Positions 20,690 to 33,057 of a stretch of 64,000 nt of DNA are shown piece after piece. This DNA comes from an uncultured Gemmatimonadales bacterium (GTDB taxonomy: Bacteria > Gemmatimonadota > Gemmatimonadetes > Gemmatimonadales > GWC2-71-9). The first letter of the stretch is position 1. Every line of letters begins with the position of its first letter. The notes beneath the pieces are model-generated. The model searched no databases. It had not been told where the DNA came from and saw only the letters and a list, made by a program, of their open reading frames with translations. The stretch is taken from NCBI GenBank assembly GCA_963833905.1, contig CAWHZQ010000020.1, positions 3,293 to 67,292 of the forward strand. The letters are read 5' to 3'. Both the position numbers and the translations under genes were made by a program.

Positions 20690-21534
20690 TGCGCCGAGTG
20701 CTGTTCTCCCTGCTGGCGCTCGCGCTCGGAGCGTCGGGCGTCGCCGCGCAGTCGATGCGCCCCTTCAGCACCTACCGCCAATGGCACGGCGAGACCCGGC
20801 TCGACGCGCGGCTGGACTATGCCGCCGGGGCGCTCCGCCTCGCCGCCGGCCGCCCGAACGAGCTCTACCGGATGGACGTGCTGTACGACGGTGAGCGCTA
20901 TGTGCCGGTGAGCGCGTTCGACGCGGCGCGCGGCGGCGTGGGGCTCGGGCTCCGCGCGTCGGGCGAAGGCGGCCTCCGGGTCGTGTCCCGGAACCAGCTC
21001 CGCCAGACGGCCTCGGTGACCTTCTCGCCCAGGAGCGACCTGGCGCTCGCCGTGACGCTCGGCGCGGTCGACGGGGACCTCGAGCTGGGCGGGCTCCGCC
21101 TGACCGATCTCAGGCTCGAGGCGGGCGCGAGCCGCGCCACCGTCCGCTTCTCGCAGCCGAACGCCGCGCGCTGCCGCGCGGCGACGCTCACTGCCGGCGC
21201 GGCGGAGCTGTCCGTGCTCGGCCTGGGCAACAGCCGCTGCGACCGCATCACGTTCGAAGGCGGCGTGGGTCGGGTGACGCTCGACTTCGGCGGGGCGTGG
21301 ACTTCGAGCTCGCAGGTCGCGGTGAAGATGGCGCTCGGCGAAGTCGCGCTGCGGCTGCCGCGCACCGTCGGCGTGCGGATCACGCTCGACAAGTTCCTCG
21401 CCAGCTTCGAGCCGCAGGGGATGGTGCGGCGCGGGACCAGTTATCTCTCGCCCGGTTACGACCAGGCGGCCCGCCATCTCGACATCGACGTGACGACAGC
21501 GATCGGCGGGGTGACGGTCGACTGGCTGGAATAG
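20689..21534 (+). CDS. Secreted LiaF/LiaG-like beta-solenoid protein
   Basis: Signal peptide; repeated LxLGAxxxxL units; last gene of the ECF operon core. Confidence 0.6.
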   Translation: MRRVLFSLLALALGASGVAAQSMRPFSTYRQWHGETRLDARLDYAAGALRLAAGRPNELYRMDVLYDGERYVPVSAFDAARGGVGLGLRASGEGGLRVVSRNQLRQTASVTFSPRSDLALAVTLGAVDGDLELGGLRLTDLRLEAGASRATVRFSQPNAARCRAATLTAGAAELSVLGLGNSRCDRITFEGGVGRVTLDFGGAWTSSSQVAVKMALGEVALRLPRTVGVRITLDKFLASFEPQGMVRRGTSYLSPGYDQAARHLDIDVTTAIGGVTVDWLE

Positions 21535-21545
21535 TAGTTTCCGAT

Positions 21546-22173
21546 ATGTCGCCGCTCGAGACGCTGGGCTTCGCGCTCGGCACGTCGTTCGCCTCCGGAC
21601 TCAATCTCTACGCCACCGTGGCCGCCGCGGGCCTGTTCGAGCGGTTCGGGATCATCCACCTCCCCGAGCCGCTCCAGGTGCTGTCGCATCCGATGGTGCT
21701 GGGCCTGGCGCTCGCCCTCTTCGTGGTCGAGTTCGTGGCGGACAAGATCCCGTACGTGGACAGCGTGTGGGACGCGGTGCACACCTTCATCCGGCCACCC
21801 GCGGCCGCTTTCCTCTCTTACAGCGCCTTCGCCGGCGGCGTCCCCGAGCAGTGGAAGATCGGCGCGGCGCTGCTCGCCGGCAGCGTGGCGCTCACCTCGC
21901 ACGGCGCGAAGGCCACCACGCGTGCTGCGGCCAACGTGAGCCCCGAGCCGGTGAGCAACTGGACCCTGAGCCTCGCCGAGGATTCGATCGCGGTGTTCCT
22001 CGCGTGGTTCGCGGCGGCGCATCCGGTGCTCGCCGTGGGGCTCACCGCGGTGCTCGTGATCCTGGCGATCCTGCTGATCTGGCGGTTGTTCCGGTTCTTC
22101 CGGCAGGTGGTGACGCGGTTCGGGCAGGCGGCCGAGCGGGGGAGAGACGGTCGCGACGCCGACGAGCCAGTAG
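21546..22173 (+). CDS. DUF4126 membrane protein (3' end uncertain)
   Basis: FASGLNLYAT, EFVADKIPYVDSVWDAVHTFIRP, SPEPVSNW; likely stop near 22171 is out of frame. Confidence 0.85.
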
Positions 22174-22200
22174 GCAGTCTGGCGAGTGGTGGATCGTCGA

Positions 22201-22960
22201 TCACCCGAGGCGGCGCGCGGATCCTCCCCCCCACCCCCAGCCCCAGCCGCCGCGCCGCCGAGCCATCCCGCACGGCAATCTCGATCGCCCCGCCCGAGCC
22301 CACGTACGCCAGCAGCCCGCCGGTCGGCACGTCACCGAAGGTGCGCCGGAGCGGCCCGATGTCGAGATCCTCGACCGCGAGCACCGCGTACGGCGGCACG
22401 AGCTCGGTCGTCAGGTTGGTGACCAGCGTGCCGAACCGGTCGACGTAGACGATCTCGCCGATCACGGCCTTCCCCTCGTAGTGCGGCTCCGTGTAGGTGA
22501 GCCGCGCAGGCATCGTGATGAAGGGCCCGCCGAGCGCCTGGAGCGGCGTGCCGCGCGCGAGCGCCGCGGCCGCCGGCGCGAAGAGGTCCCGGCCATGGAA
22601 CGTCGGCGCGGCCCCGGCCGGCGTCGGGAGGGTGACGATCTCGACCTCGGCATCGCGCAGGACCGGCGTGAAGAGCCCGTTGTCGGGACCGACGAACCAG
22701 TGGCCGTGGGCCCGGAGCGCGAGCGCCGCCCGCGTGGTGCCGACCCCGGGATCCACCACCGAGAAGTGCACCGTGCCGGCCGGGAATCGGTGCCAGGACC
22801 GGCCCAGCAGATAGGCACCGGCCCGGATGTCGCCCGGGGGCACGGCGTGGGTGACGTCGACCAGCACCGCCGACGGGCAGAGGCCCAGCAGGACGCCCTT
22901 GATCTCGGCGACGTACGAATCGGAACTGCCGAAGTCGGTCAGGAGTGTGACGAGGGGCAT
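22201..22960 (-). CDS. SAM hydrolase / SAM-dependent chlorinase-fluorinase family (DUF62) protein
   Basis: TLLTDFG, VVDPGVG, GPDNGL, TFHGRDLFAP, DRFGT. Confidence 0.9.
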
Positions 22961-22977
22961 GCCATAAGGTAACGCGC

Positions 22978-24397
22978 TCACGCCCGAGCCCTCTCCCAGC
23001 CACCCCATTGCCAGAGCGCCGTCATCGCCGCCGCGCGGGCCATCGCCGTGAGCGCGAGCATCCACCAGATGCCGGCCAGCCCGAACGAGCCGGCCACGAG
23101 CTCCGGCGAGCGGGATGCGGAGCGAGCTGATCCCCACGACCGCGAGCATCGTGTAGAGCGTGTACCCCGCGCCGGTCAGCCCGCCCTCGAGCACGTTTTC
23201 GAACGCCATCGCGAGCTGGGCCACGGCGGCCGCGCGGAGGTAGAGCGTCGCGTCGCGAATGACGGCCGCGTCGTCGGTGAACACGCCGACGATCGCCGCC
23301 GGGGCGAGCAGGAAGACCACCGCCAGCGCGCAAGCCGGCACCGCGGCGATGCGCGCGGTGAGCCATCCCGCCTGCCGGGCGCGCCGGGGCTGACCGGCAC
23401 CGAGGTTCTGCCCGACGAGCGTCTCGGCCGCCAGCCCGAAGCCGACGCAGATCATGTAGCTGATGCCCTCGATCTTGTGCCCCACGCCCAGCGCGGCGAT
23501 GGCCGGCGTGCCGAAGCGTCCGACCACCCGCACCAGCAGCATGTAGATCACGCTGAACAGCACGCCGGTGAGCATCGTCGGGAGCCCGATCCGCGCGATC
23601 GTGCGCGCCACCGGCAGGCTCAGCCCCAGCCGGATCCCGCCCCGGCGATAGAGCAGCACGATTCCCACCAGGAAGCCGAGGCCGCGCGTGAGCACCGTGG
23701 CAAGTGCGGCGCCGTACACGCCCAGCGCCGGGACCGGCCCCCAACCGAGGATCATGATGGGGTCGAGCACGAGGTTGAGGAGCACGGAGGCACCGAGGAG
23801 CACGAACGGCGTGCGGGTGTCGCCCGCGCTCCGGAACGCCGCGGTGACGACGAAGTACCCGTAGATGAGCACGGCGCCGAGCAGCTGGATGACGAGGAAC
23901 TCGCGGGCGAGCTCCGCCACCACGCCCTGCGCGTTCATGAGCCGGAAGATCGCCGGCAGGCTGAGGACGCCGCCGATGGCGATCACCACGCCGAGCACCA
24001 GCGCCATCACCAGCGCGGTGCCGGCGGCGCTGGCCGCGCGCTCGGGGTCACCCTCGCCATGCCGGCGCGCGGACACCGCGGTGAGGCCCACGCCGACGAG
24101 CTCGCCGATCGAGACGATCACCCAGACCGTGTAGCTCGCGAGCGAGACGGCGGCAAGCGCGTCGGGGCCGAGCGTCCGGCCGACCCAGAAGGTATCGGTG
24201 ACGTTGAAGAGCACCTGGAACAGCGTGGTGCCCACCGCGGGCAGGGCGAGACGGAGGATCGCGGGACGGAGGGGGCCGTCGATGATGCCGGTTCCCGAGG
24301 GCGGCGCGAGCGCCGGTGCGGCATCCGGCTGCTCGGCGTAGAGGCCGGCGGGAGGCACTACGGGGCGCGTCGCCTTGCTTATCGATTCTTTGTTCAC
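22978..24397 (-). CDS. MATE family efflux transporter (frameshift near 3' end)
   Basis: ILRLALP, DTFWVG, GDTRTP, NLVLDP, GQNLGAG; about 12 TM segments. Confidence 0.92.
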
Positions 24398-24415
24398 CGC
24401 GCCTCATGCAAGCTC

Positions 24416-24515
24416 GAGTCACCCTGAGCGCAGCCGAGGGATAGGGGGCCGGACCGCCACAAAAGAACGCAGTGTCGGCCGGCCTCCTATCCCTCTGCTG
24501 CGCTCAGGGTGACTC
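24416..24515. repeat. REP-like palindromic element, copy 2
   Basis: GAGTCACCCTGAGCGCAGC...GCTGCGCTCAGGGTGACTC; same arms as copy 1 with a different interior. Confidence 0.88.
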
Positions 24516-24535
24516 GCGGGGATCGGCCGCAGCGC

Positions 24536-25649
24536 TCAGTTCCGAAGAATCGGCAACGCCGCGCTCCGGCCGGCGGTCTTCCGTCGAAGCTCCCCGGCGA
24601 TGTCGCGGAGGCTGACGGCGGCGGGACTGTCGGGGCTGGCGACGAGGATGGGCTGGCCCGCGTCGGCCAGCTCGGCCATGCGGGGCTGGAGCGGCACGCT
24701 TCCGAGCAGCGGCGCGCCGATCTCCTCCGCCAGCCGCTGGCCGCCGCCCGAGGAGAACAGCTCGAGCCGGTGGCCGGTCTCCGGATCGACGAACGCGCTC
24801 ATGTTCTCGACCACGCCGATCACCGGCACGCCCACGCGCTCGAACATCTTGGCGCCGCGGAGCGCGTCTCCCACGGCCATCTCCTGCGGGGTGGTGACGA
24901 TGATCGCGCCCGAGACCTGCGTGGCCTGGACCAGGGAGAGCTGCGCGTCGCCGGTGCCGGGCGGAAGATCGACGAGGAAGTAGTCGAGCTCGCCCCAGTC
25001 CACGTCCTTCAGGAACTGGGTGACGATCTTCATGATGATCGGCCCGCGCCAGATGGCGGGCGCGTCGCGCTCGACGAGGAAGCCCAGCGACATGAGCTTC
25101 ACGCCGTGGGCCTCGAGCGGCTGGATCTTTCCGCCGATCACCGGCGGCTTCTCGAACACGCCGAACATGCGCGGGATGTTGGGCCCGTAGATGTCGGCGT
25201 CCATGACGCCCACCCGGGCGCCCTCCTGCGCCAGGGCCACCGCCAGGTTCACCGCCACGGTCGACTTGCCCACCCCGCCCTTGCCGGAGGAGACCGCGAT
25301 GATGCGCCCCAGGTTCGCCTGCTCGGCCGGCGTCGGCGCGGCGCCTGGAGCGGGACGCGGCGGGAGCGGACGGCGGCGGGTGGGTCGTGCGGGCGGGACC
25401 GGCGGGATTGGTGACGGTGATCTTGATCTCGTCGCGCCGGACACCGTCGATCGCCTGGACGGCGGCGCGGGCCTGGCGCACCAGCGTGGCGGGATCCTCG
25501 GGCGCGAGCAGGAACGTGAAGCTCACCCCGCCCGCGTCGGTCACGGAGAGGTCCCGGATCATCCCCGCCGAGAGCAGGTCGTTGTCCAGCCGTGGATTCC
25601 GGATCGCCGCCAGCGCCTCGACCACGCGCGCCTCGAGCGAGGAGGCCAC
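24536..25649 (-). CDS. mrp: Mrp/NBP35 Fe-S cluster carrier ATPase (frameshifted)
   Basis: N-terminal DUF59-like domain; SGKGGVGKST, DADIYGP, WRGP, DLPPGTGD, GVVENMS. Confidence 0.93.
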
Positions 25650-25879
25650 TAGACGGCCTCCACGTGCTTGACCTCGGGCACGGCCTCGCGCAGCCGGCTC
25701 TCGATCCCCTGCTTGAGGGTGACGGTCGAGGCCGCGCAGCCGTGGCAGGTGCCGCCGAGCCGCACGAGCAGCACGCCGTCGGTCTCGTCGAAGTCCACGA
25801 TCTCGACGTGGCCGCGGTGCGACGCGATGTAGGGACGCAGCGTGTCGAGCGTTTTCTCGATCCGATCGATGGTATCCAT
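25649..25879 (-). CDS. NifU family Fe-S carrier protein
   Basis: LRPYIASHRG...GTCHGC...TLKQGIE. Confidence 0.9.
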   Translation of the reverse strand: MDTIDRIEKTLDTLRPYIASHRGHVEIVDFDETDGVLLVRLGGTCHGCAASTVTLKQGIESRLREAVPEVKHVEAV

Positions 25880-25947
25880 GGCCCCCGGCGTAATTCCTAC
25901 TGAGTTACTCGGCAATATAGGCCCCCCTCGGGGCCGGTCAACGGCCG

Positions 25948-26977
25948 TCACGCGCTGCGGCGGCCGCCGTCCTTGAGGTAGCTGCGGGCGGCCGTGAGCA
26001 CGAGCGACTGCACCTCGGCGAGCGATCCCGTGAGCGCCAGGCCGGCGGCCTTGGTGTGCCCGCCGCCGCCGAAAGGCAGGGCGAAGGCGGCGACGTCCAC
26101 ATCGCCGACGGAGCGGAGCGAGACCTTCACCCGGCCCTGGCTCACCTCGCGGAAGAGGAGGGCCATCCGCACGCCTTCGATGGAGCGCGGGAACTCCACC
26201 ACGCCCTCGAGGTCGTCCGACGAGACGCCGAGGCGCTCGATGGCCCCGGGCGGCACCGTGACCCAGGCGAGGCCGTACTCCGGCTCCACCACGAGCGTCT
26301 GGAGCGCCTCGGCGAAGAGCCGGGGGCGGCCCTCGGGGGCACGGGCGTAGACCTCGAGATAGATCTCCTCCGGATCCACCCCCACCTCGAGCAGCTCGGC
26401 CGCCACGCGAAGCGTGCGGGGGCGAGTGTTGCTGAAGCGGAACCCGCCGGTGTCGGTGAGGATGGCGACGTAGAGTCCGCGCGCGGCCAATTCGGTGAGC
26501 TTCCAGCCGTTGGCGACGGCGAGCTCGAAGACCAGCTCGCCCGTGGCGGCCGCGCCCGCGTCCAGGTACCGCGGCCCATCCGGGAGCACTCCCTCGCTCA
26601 CATGGTGGTCCACACAGGCCACCGGCACCCCGCGCGACGCGGACCGTCTCGCCGAGGTTGCCGAGGCGGCCCAGGTCGGAGATGTCGAGCACCACGATGA
26701 CGTCGGCGCGCCGGAGCTCGCGGACGCCCTCCCGGGTGCGATCGACGCCGGGCAGGTCCTCAAAGAGGAAGGCAAACCGGGCGGGGGTAGGCGTGGGGTT
26801 CGTGATGACGGCGTCGATGCCCTGCGCCCGGAGCAGGTGCGCCAGCCCGGCCTCGCTGCCGAGGCCATCGCCGTCAGGATTGACGTGGGTGGTCAGGCAG
26901 ACTCGCTGGCCCGGCACGAGCACCGCGGCCAGGGCCCGCGCCGCGGCGACCCGATCGGGGGCGAGGGTGAAAGGCAT
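25948..26977 (-). CDS. nrnA: DHH family phosphoesterase (NrnA-like, frameshifted)
   Basis: THVNPDGDGLGS, VDHH, TDTGGF, SLRS, GGGGH. Confidence 0.9.
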
Positions 26978-27000
26978 GGGGAAAATCTAACAGGTGTGGA

Positions 27001-27040
27001 CGGCGGGCGGGCGGGCGAGCAGCCGCCTGCCCGCCCGCCG
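27001..27040. terminator. GC-rich hairpin downstream of the permease
   Basis: CGGCGGGCGGGCGGGCG / CGCCTGCCCGCCCGCCG inverted repeat just after the minus-strand stop; no U-tract. Confidence 0.4.
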
Positions 27041-27042
27041 CT

Positions 27043-28529
27043 CTACCGCTTCGCCGCCGCCTGCACCTTCGAGTGCCTCCGCCCGTAGAGGAAGTAGATC
27101 GCCAGGCCGAGCGCCATCCAGACGATGAGCCGGGCCCAGGTATCCACCGGCAGGCCGACCATGAGGTAGAAGCAGGCCAGGATGCCGAGGGCGGGCACGT
27201 AGGGAACCAGCGGCGTCCGAAATGGACGAGGACGGTCCGGCTCGGTGTAGCGGAGCACGAGCACGCCGGCGCAGACGATGGCGAAAGCGAGGAGCGTGCC
27301 GATGGAGACCAGCTCGCCGAGGAGGCCGATCGGGAAGCAATCCGGCGAAGATCATCGCCGCGACGCCCGTGAGCAGGCTCGCGACGTACGGTGTACGGAA
27401 CTTCGGATGCACCTTGCTGAAGATCGGCGGCAGCAATCCGTCCCTGGACATCGAGTAGAAGACCCGGGGCTGCCCCAGGAGCATCACGAGGATCACCGAG
27501 CTCAGGCCCGCGATGGCGCCGATCTTGACGACGGGCCGGAGCCAGGCGAGGCCGGGGCCGGCGGCGTTGATGCCGACCGCGATCGGATCAGGCACGTTGA
27601 GCTGGGTGTAGTTCACGATGCCCGTCAGCACGAGCGCCACGGCGATGTACAGCACCGTGCAGATGGCGAGCGATCCCAGGATGCCGATCGGCATGTCGCG
27701 CTGCGGATTGCGGGTCTCCTGCGCGGCCGTCGATACCGCGTCAAAGCCGATGTACGCGAAGAAGATCACGCCCGCACCTCGGACCACCCCGTCCCAGCCA
27801 TACTTGCCCGGGCCGGTGGCCGCCGGGATGAACGGCTCCCAGTTCTCGCGGTTGATGTACGCCAGCCCGAAGCCGATGAACAGGAAGACGACCGTGAGCT
27901 TGATGATCACGACGATGTTGTTGAACTTCGCCGACTCCGAGATGCCGATGATCAGGAGGATCGTGATGAGCCCCACGATGAGCATCGCCGGCACATTGAG
28001 CACGGCGCCCGTGCTGGACCAGCCCTCGGTGAACAGCCGCCATATGTTGAGCCCCGCGCCCGGCGGGGTGGTGTGTGTATAGGGCGCCGAGGTGTACTGC
28101 GGCGGGATCACGATGCCGAGGTCCTTGAGGAACGAGACCACGTACCCGGACCAGCCCACCGCGACCGTCGAGGCGGCAAACAGATACTCGAGGATCAGGT
28201 CCCAGCCGATGATCCACGCAATCAGCTCGCCCAGCGTCGCGTAGCCGTAGGTGTAGGCCGACCCGGCGATCGGGATCATCGCCGAGAACTCGGCGTAGCA
28301 CAGACCGGCCAGGGCGCAGGCGGTGCCGGCGAGGATGAAGGAGTAGACGATGGCGGGGCCCGCGTAGTTGGCCGCCGCCTGCCCCGTGAGCACGAAGATG
28401 CCCGCGCCGATGATGGCGCCGATGCCCAGTGCCACCAGGTTGACCGGCACCGAGCGCCCGCTTGAGGCTCTGGTCTGAGCCGACCTCGGCCTGGAGGGCG
28501 GAGATATCCTTCCGCAGGAAGAGGCTCAT
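27043..28529 (-). CDS. APC family amino acid permease (frameshifted)
   Basis: [32 protein letters not shown]. Confidence 0.92.
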
Positions 28530-30021
28530 ACGCCACCCCGTTCCTTCTGCAGCACGCTGTGCTTTCGGCCGTAGCCGAAGTAGATGACGAAGCCGATCAG
28601 GAGCCACACGAAGAGCCGGAGCCAGGTGTCCGCCGGCAGCGTGGCCATGAGGCCGAAGCAGGCCAGCATGCCCAGGATCGGCACCAGCGGCACGAGCGGC
28701 GTCCGGAAGGGCCGCTCGAGGTCGGGCCGTGTCTTCCGGAGAATCATGACGCCGGCGCACACGAGCACGAATGCCAGCAGCGTGCCGATGTTGACCAGCT
28801 CGCCGAGGATCTGGATCGGGAAGGTGCCGGTGATGATGGCGACGATGATGCCGACGTAGATGGTGGAGAGGTACGGCGTCCGGAACCGGGGATGGACCTT
28901 GCCGGCCCACGGGCCCGATGAGCCCGTCGCGCGACATCGAGTAGAACACCCGGCTCTGGCCCAGAAGCATGACCAGCACCACCGAGCCGAGGCCGAGGAC
29001 CGCGCCGATCGTGATGAGCGGCCGGAGCCAGCTGAGCCCCTGGATCTGCTCGACCGCGAATGCCACCGGGTGGGCCACGTTGAGGCGGTCGTACCGGACC
29101 AGGCCGGTCAGCGTGAGCGAGACGACGATGTAGAGTACCGTGCAGATGCCGAGCGAGGCCGAGGATGCCGATCGGCATGTCCTTCTGCGGATTCCTCGCC
29201 TCCTGCGCGGCCGTGCTGACGGCGTCGAACCCGATGTAGGCGAAGAAGATCAGGCCGGCGCCCCGGAAGACGCCGCTCCAGCCGAACTCGCCGAAGGTGC
29301 CGGTATTGGGCGGAATGAAGGGGTGCCAGTTCTCCGGGTTGACGTAGCGGAACCCGAAGAGGACGAACAGCAGCACCACGGCGAGCTTGAGGATGACGAT
29401 CAGGTTGTTGACCTTGGCCGACTCCTCGATGCCGATCACGAGCACCGTCGTGGCGAGCAGCACGATCAGCATTGCGGGCAGGTTGACCAGCGAGCCGGTC
29501 GGGTTCCAGCCCGGATGGATACAGGCAGTCACGGCGTTCGCCACGTCGGGCGCGGTGCAGAAGCGGAGCGGCGCCGACGTGAGCGCGGCCGGGATGTGGA
29601 TCCCGAAATAGTCGAGCATGCTCACGAAGTAGCCGGACCAGCCGACCCCGACGGTGGCGGCCCCCATGGCGTACTCGAGGACCAGGTCCCAGCCGATGAT
29701 CCAGGCGACGAACTCGCCCATCGTGGCATAGGAGTAGGTGTAGGCGCTCCCCGCGACGGGCACCGCGCTGGCCATCTCGGCGTAGCACAGCCCGGCGAGC
29801 CCGCAGGCGATCGCGGCCACGACGAACGAGAGGGGCACGGCGGGTCCCGCGTGCAGAGCGGCGGCGAGCCCGGTCAGCACGAAGATGCCCGCGCCGATGA
29901 TCGCGCCGATGCCCAGCATGGTCAGGTTCAACGCCCCGAGGGTGCGTTTGAGGGACCGTTCGCCGGTCGCGTCCGCCTCGGCGCGCAGCGCCGCGACGGA
30001 CTTCGTCGCCCACAAGCTCAT
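28526..30021 (-). CDS. APC family amino acid permease, tandem paralog (frameshifted)
   Basis: Same motifs as its neighbour; ATG at 30021 (MSLWATK). Confidence 0.92.
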
Positions 30022-30146
30022 AGAATGGTCCTCGAAGAATGGAGAAGCGCCGCACCGGACGGGCGGCGCCGACCTGCGACCTGCGTCGGCCAGCCTGATC
30101 GCAGGGAGGGGCTCCGCCGACACGCTCCCCGCCCGCTCGGGGACCT

Positions 30147-31604
<1,458 letters not shown>

Positions 31605-31711
31605 GCGCTCGAGGGACGGGGTAGCGGACCGGGTGATCGCTCCATACACGACGGCCCACCTGGGCCCGGGGAGGGCGGTCGGCAGGCCGGGAGTGGGCGG
31701 TTCCATCTCCG

Positions 31712-31739
31712 AGTGTAGGGCGGGGTCCCGGGAAATCAA
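31712..31739 (-). promoter_or_regulatory. Putative sigma-70 promoter for guaB (TTGATT-N16-TACACT)
   Basis: Near-consensus hexamers on the minus strand upstream of guaB. Confidence 0.5.
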
Positions 31740-31775
31740 GCGCCGTGCTTCCGGGCCGTCCGGCAACGAGGCGGC

Positions 31776-31804
31776 TGTCCGGTTCTCGAGCGACCCTGCG
31801 CGTC
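31776..31804 (+). promoter_or_regulatory. ECF promoter TGTCCG-N17-CGCGTC, copy A
   Basis: Same bipartite motif and spacer length at 35838 and 42187. Confidence 0.75.
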
Positions 31805-31898
31805 CTCTTCCCGAGGCGCATTGACTCTCAACGCCTCGGTGCGTCGCGGGGAAGACTCCGGGCGCACCATCCCGAAACAGGACTCAGGAGGACCTCAC

Positions 31899-32613
31899 AT
31901 GAGCACGCATCGCGTCTTGATAGCGGTTGGGATGGCCATCGCCAGCGGCTGCGCCGACCCAAGTGGCCCCACGCCACCGGTGATGATGTCATCCCATCCC
32001 GCGGACAGCACGGGCAGCGCAAACGGCGCGCCCGGTCCGGCTCGCCTTTCCGGCTCAGGATCCCGGCCCGCCGTTCTACAGCGAACTGGCGAGCGACTTC
32101 GTATTTCACACGGAGGAGGAAGCGGCCGTCGTGTTCTGGCGCTCGACGGCATGCATCCCCGACGATTTCAATCTCCTTCTCGCCCTGGACCTCACGCCCG
32201 CGTTTCCGAACGGCCCTCCACGGCCGTTCCTGTGCCCGCTCACGCTCGAAGGCGTCGCGACATGGCACGATCCCGCGACGGAACCCTTCCCGTACCTAGT
32301 GAAGGTTCGGGGATCCGGAGCGGTGCCGATCTGGTTCGTTGCATGGCCCGAATTGCAGGCCGCGATGAGCGACAGCATTCTGACGATCACCGACCTGGCG
32401 GGCCTGCCTTCGCTCCGGATCGGCTACGCGAGCTTCTACCAGGAGTCGGTGAGGAACTCGACGCAGGGACGGCGGCATCCCAGCAGCGCGACGGTGGCTC
32501 GTGGAACGATGGCCGACGGCGAGGAGCTTTCGACTGCACGTCAGCGAGAAGCTCCAGCGCGGCGAGCGGGACTACCTGAGCGTCCAGATCGAGATCGGCG
32601 GGAGACTAGCTGA
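31899..32613 (+). CDS. Hypothetical lipoprotein (frameshifted)
   Basis: AGGAGG RBS, lipobox ASGC; continues as PGPPFYS...VFWRSTACIPDDFNLL in another frame. Confidence 0.65.
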
Positions 32614-32736
32614 CCCCGCCATGAGGGAGGCGCGTGTGGTGAGCACCGGCAGAAACCAGACCACCCGGACGTGATAGTTGTGCCAGCGTCGTCGGATTAC
32701 GGCCAGGGCAGCGACGCTGAAATGCATCCAGTACCC

Positions 32737-33039
32737 TCAACGCTCCTCGATCGGCCGGAGCGCCGCTTCGGCCGCTCGGGTCATCCACCGATGCGCTGGG
32801 GGTGGCAGGTCGTAATCGGCAAGGAACCGGCGGTAATACTTACGCGCCGGACCCGACCGTCCCGCTGCCTCCTCCATCCGGGCCCGCTCGAAGGTGGCTA
32901 TGCCTGTGACGATCCGGGTGGCGTGCGTGATCTCGAAGCAGCGTTCGGGCGGCGTCGCCTCGCACCAGCGGAGCAGCCGCGCCGCGCGGACGTCCTCGCC
33001 CTCCTCGCTCAACCATCTCGCGGCGGCCAAACGGTCCAC
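32737..33039 (-). pseudogene. Orphan C-terminal TPR-like fragment
   Basis: FERARMEEAAGR..ARKYYRRFLADYD helical segment with no N-terminus or RBS. Confidence 0.4.
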
Positions 33040-33057
33040 ACACGCGCCCGAGAATGG

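Noticed and set aside
21818-24397. MATE-fluorinase fusion, or a halometabolite pathway
   Set aside because: The fusion arises from a frameshift near 23100; most DUF62 proteins are SAM hydrolases and no biosynthetic genes are nearby
25649-26977. DHH-NifU fusion
   Set aside because: The DHH domain completes in ORF 25948..26868 and NifU has its own ATG
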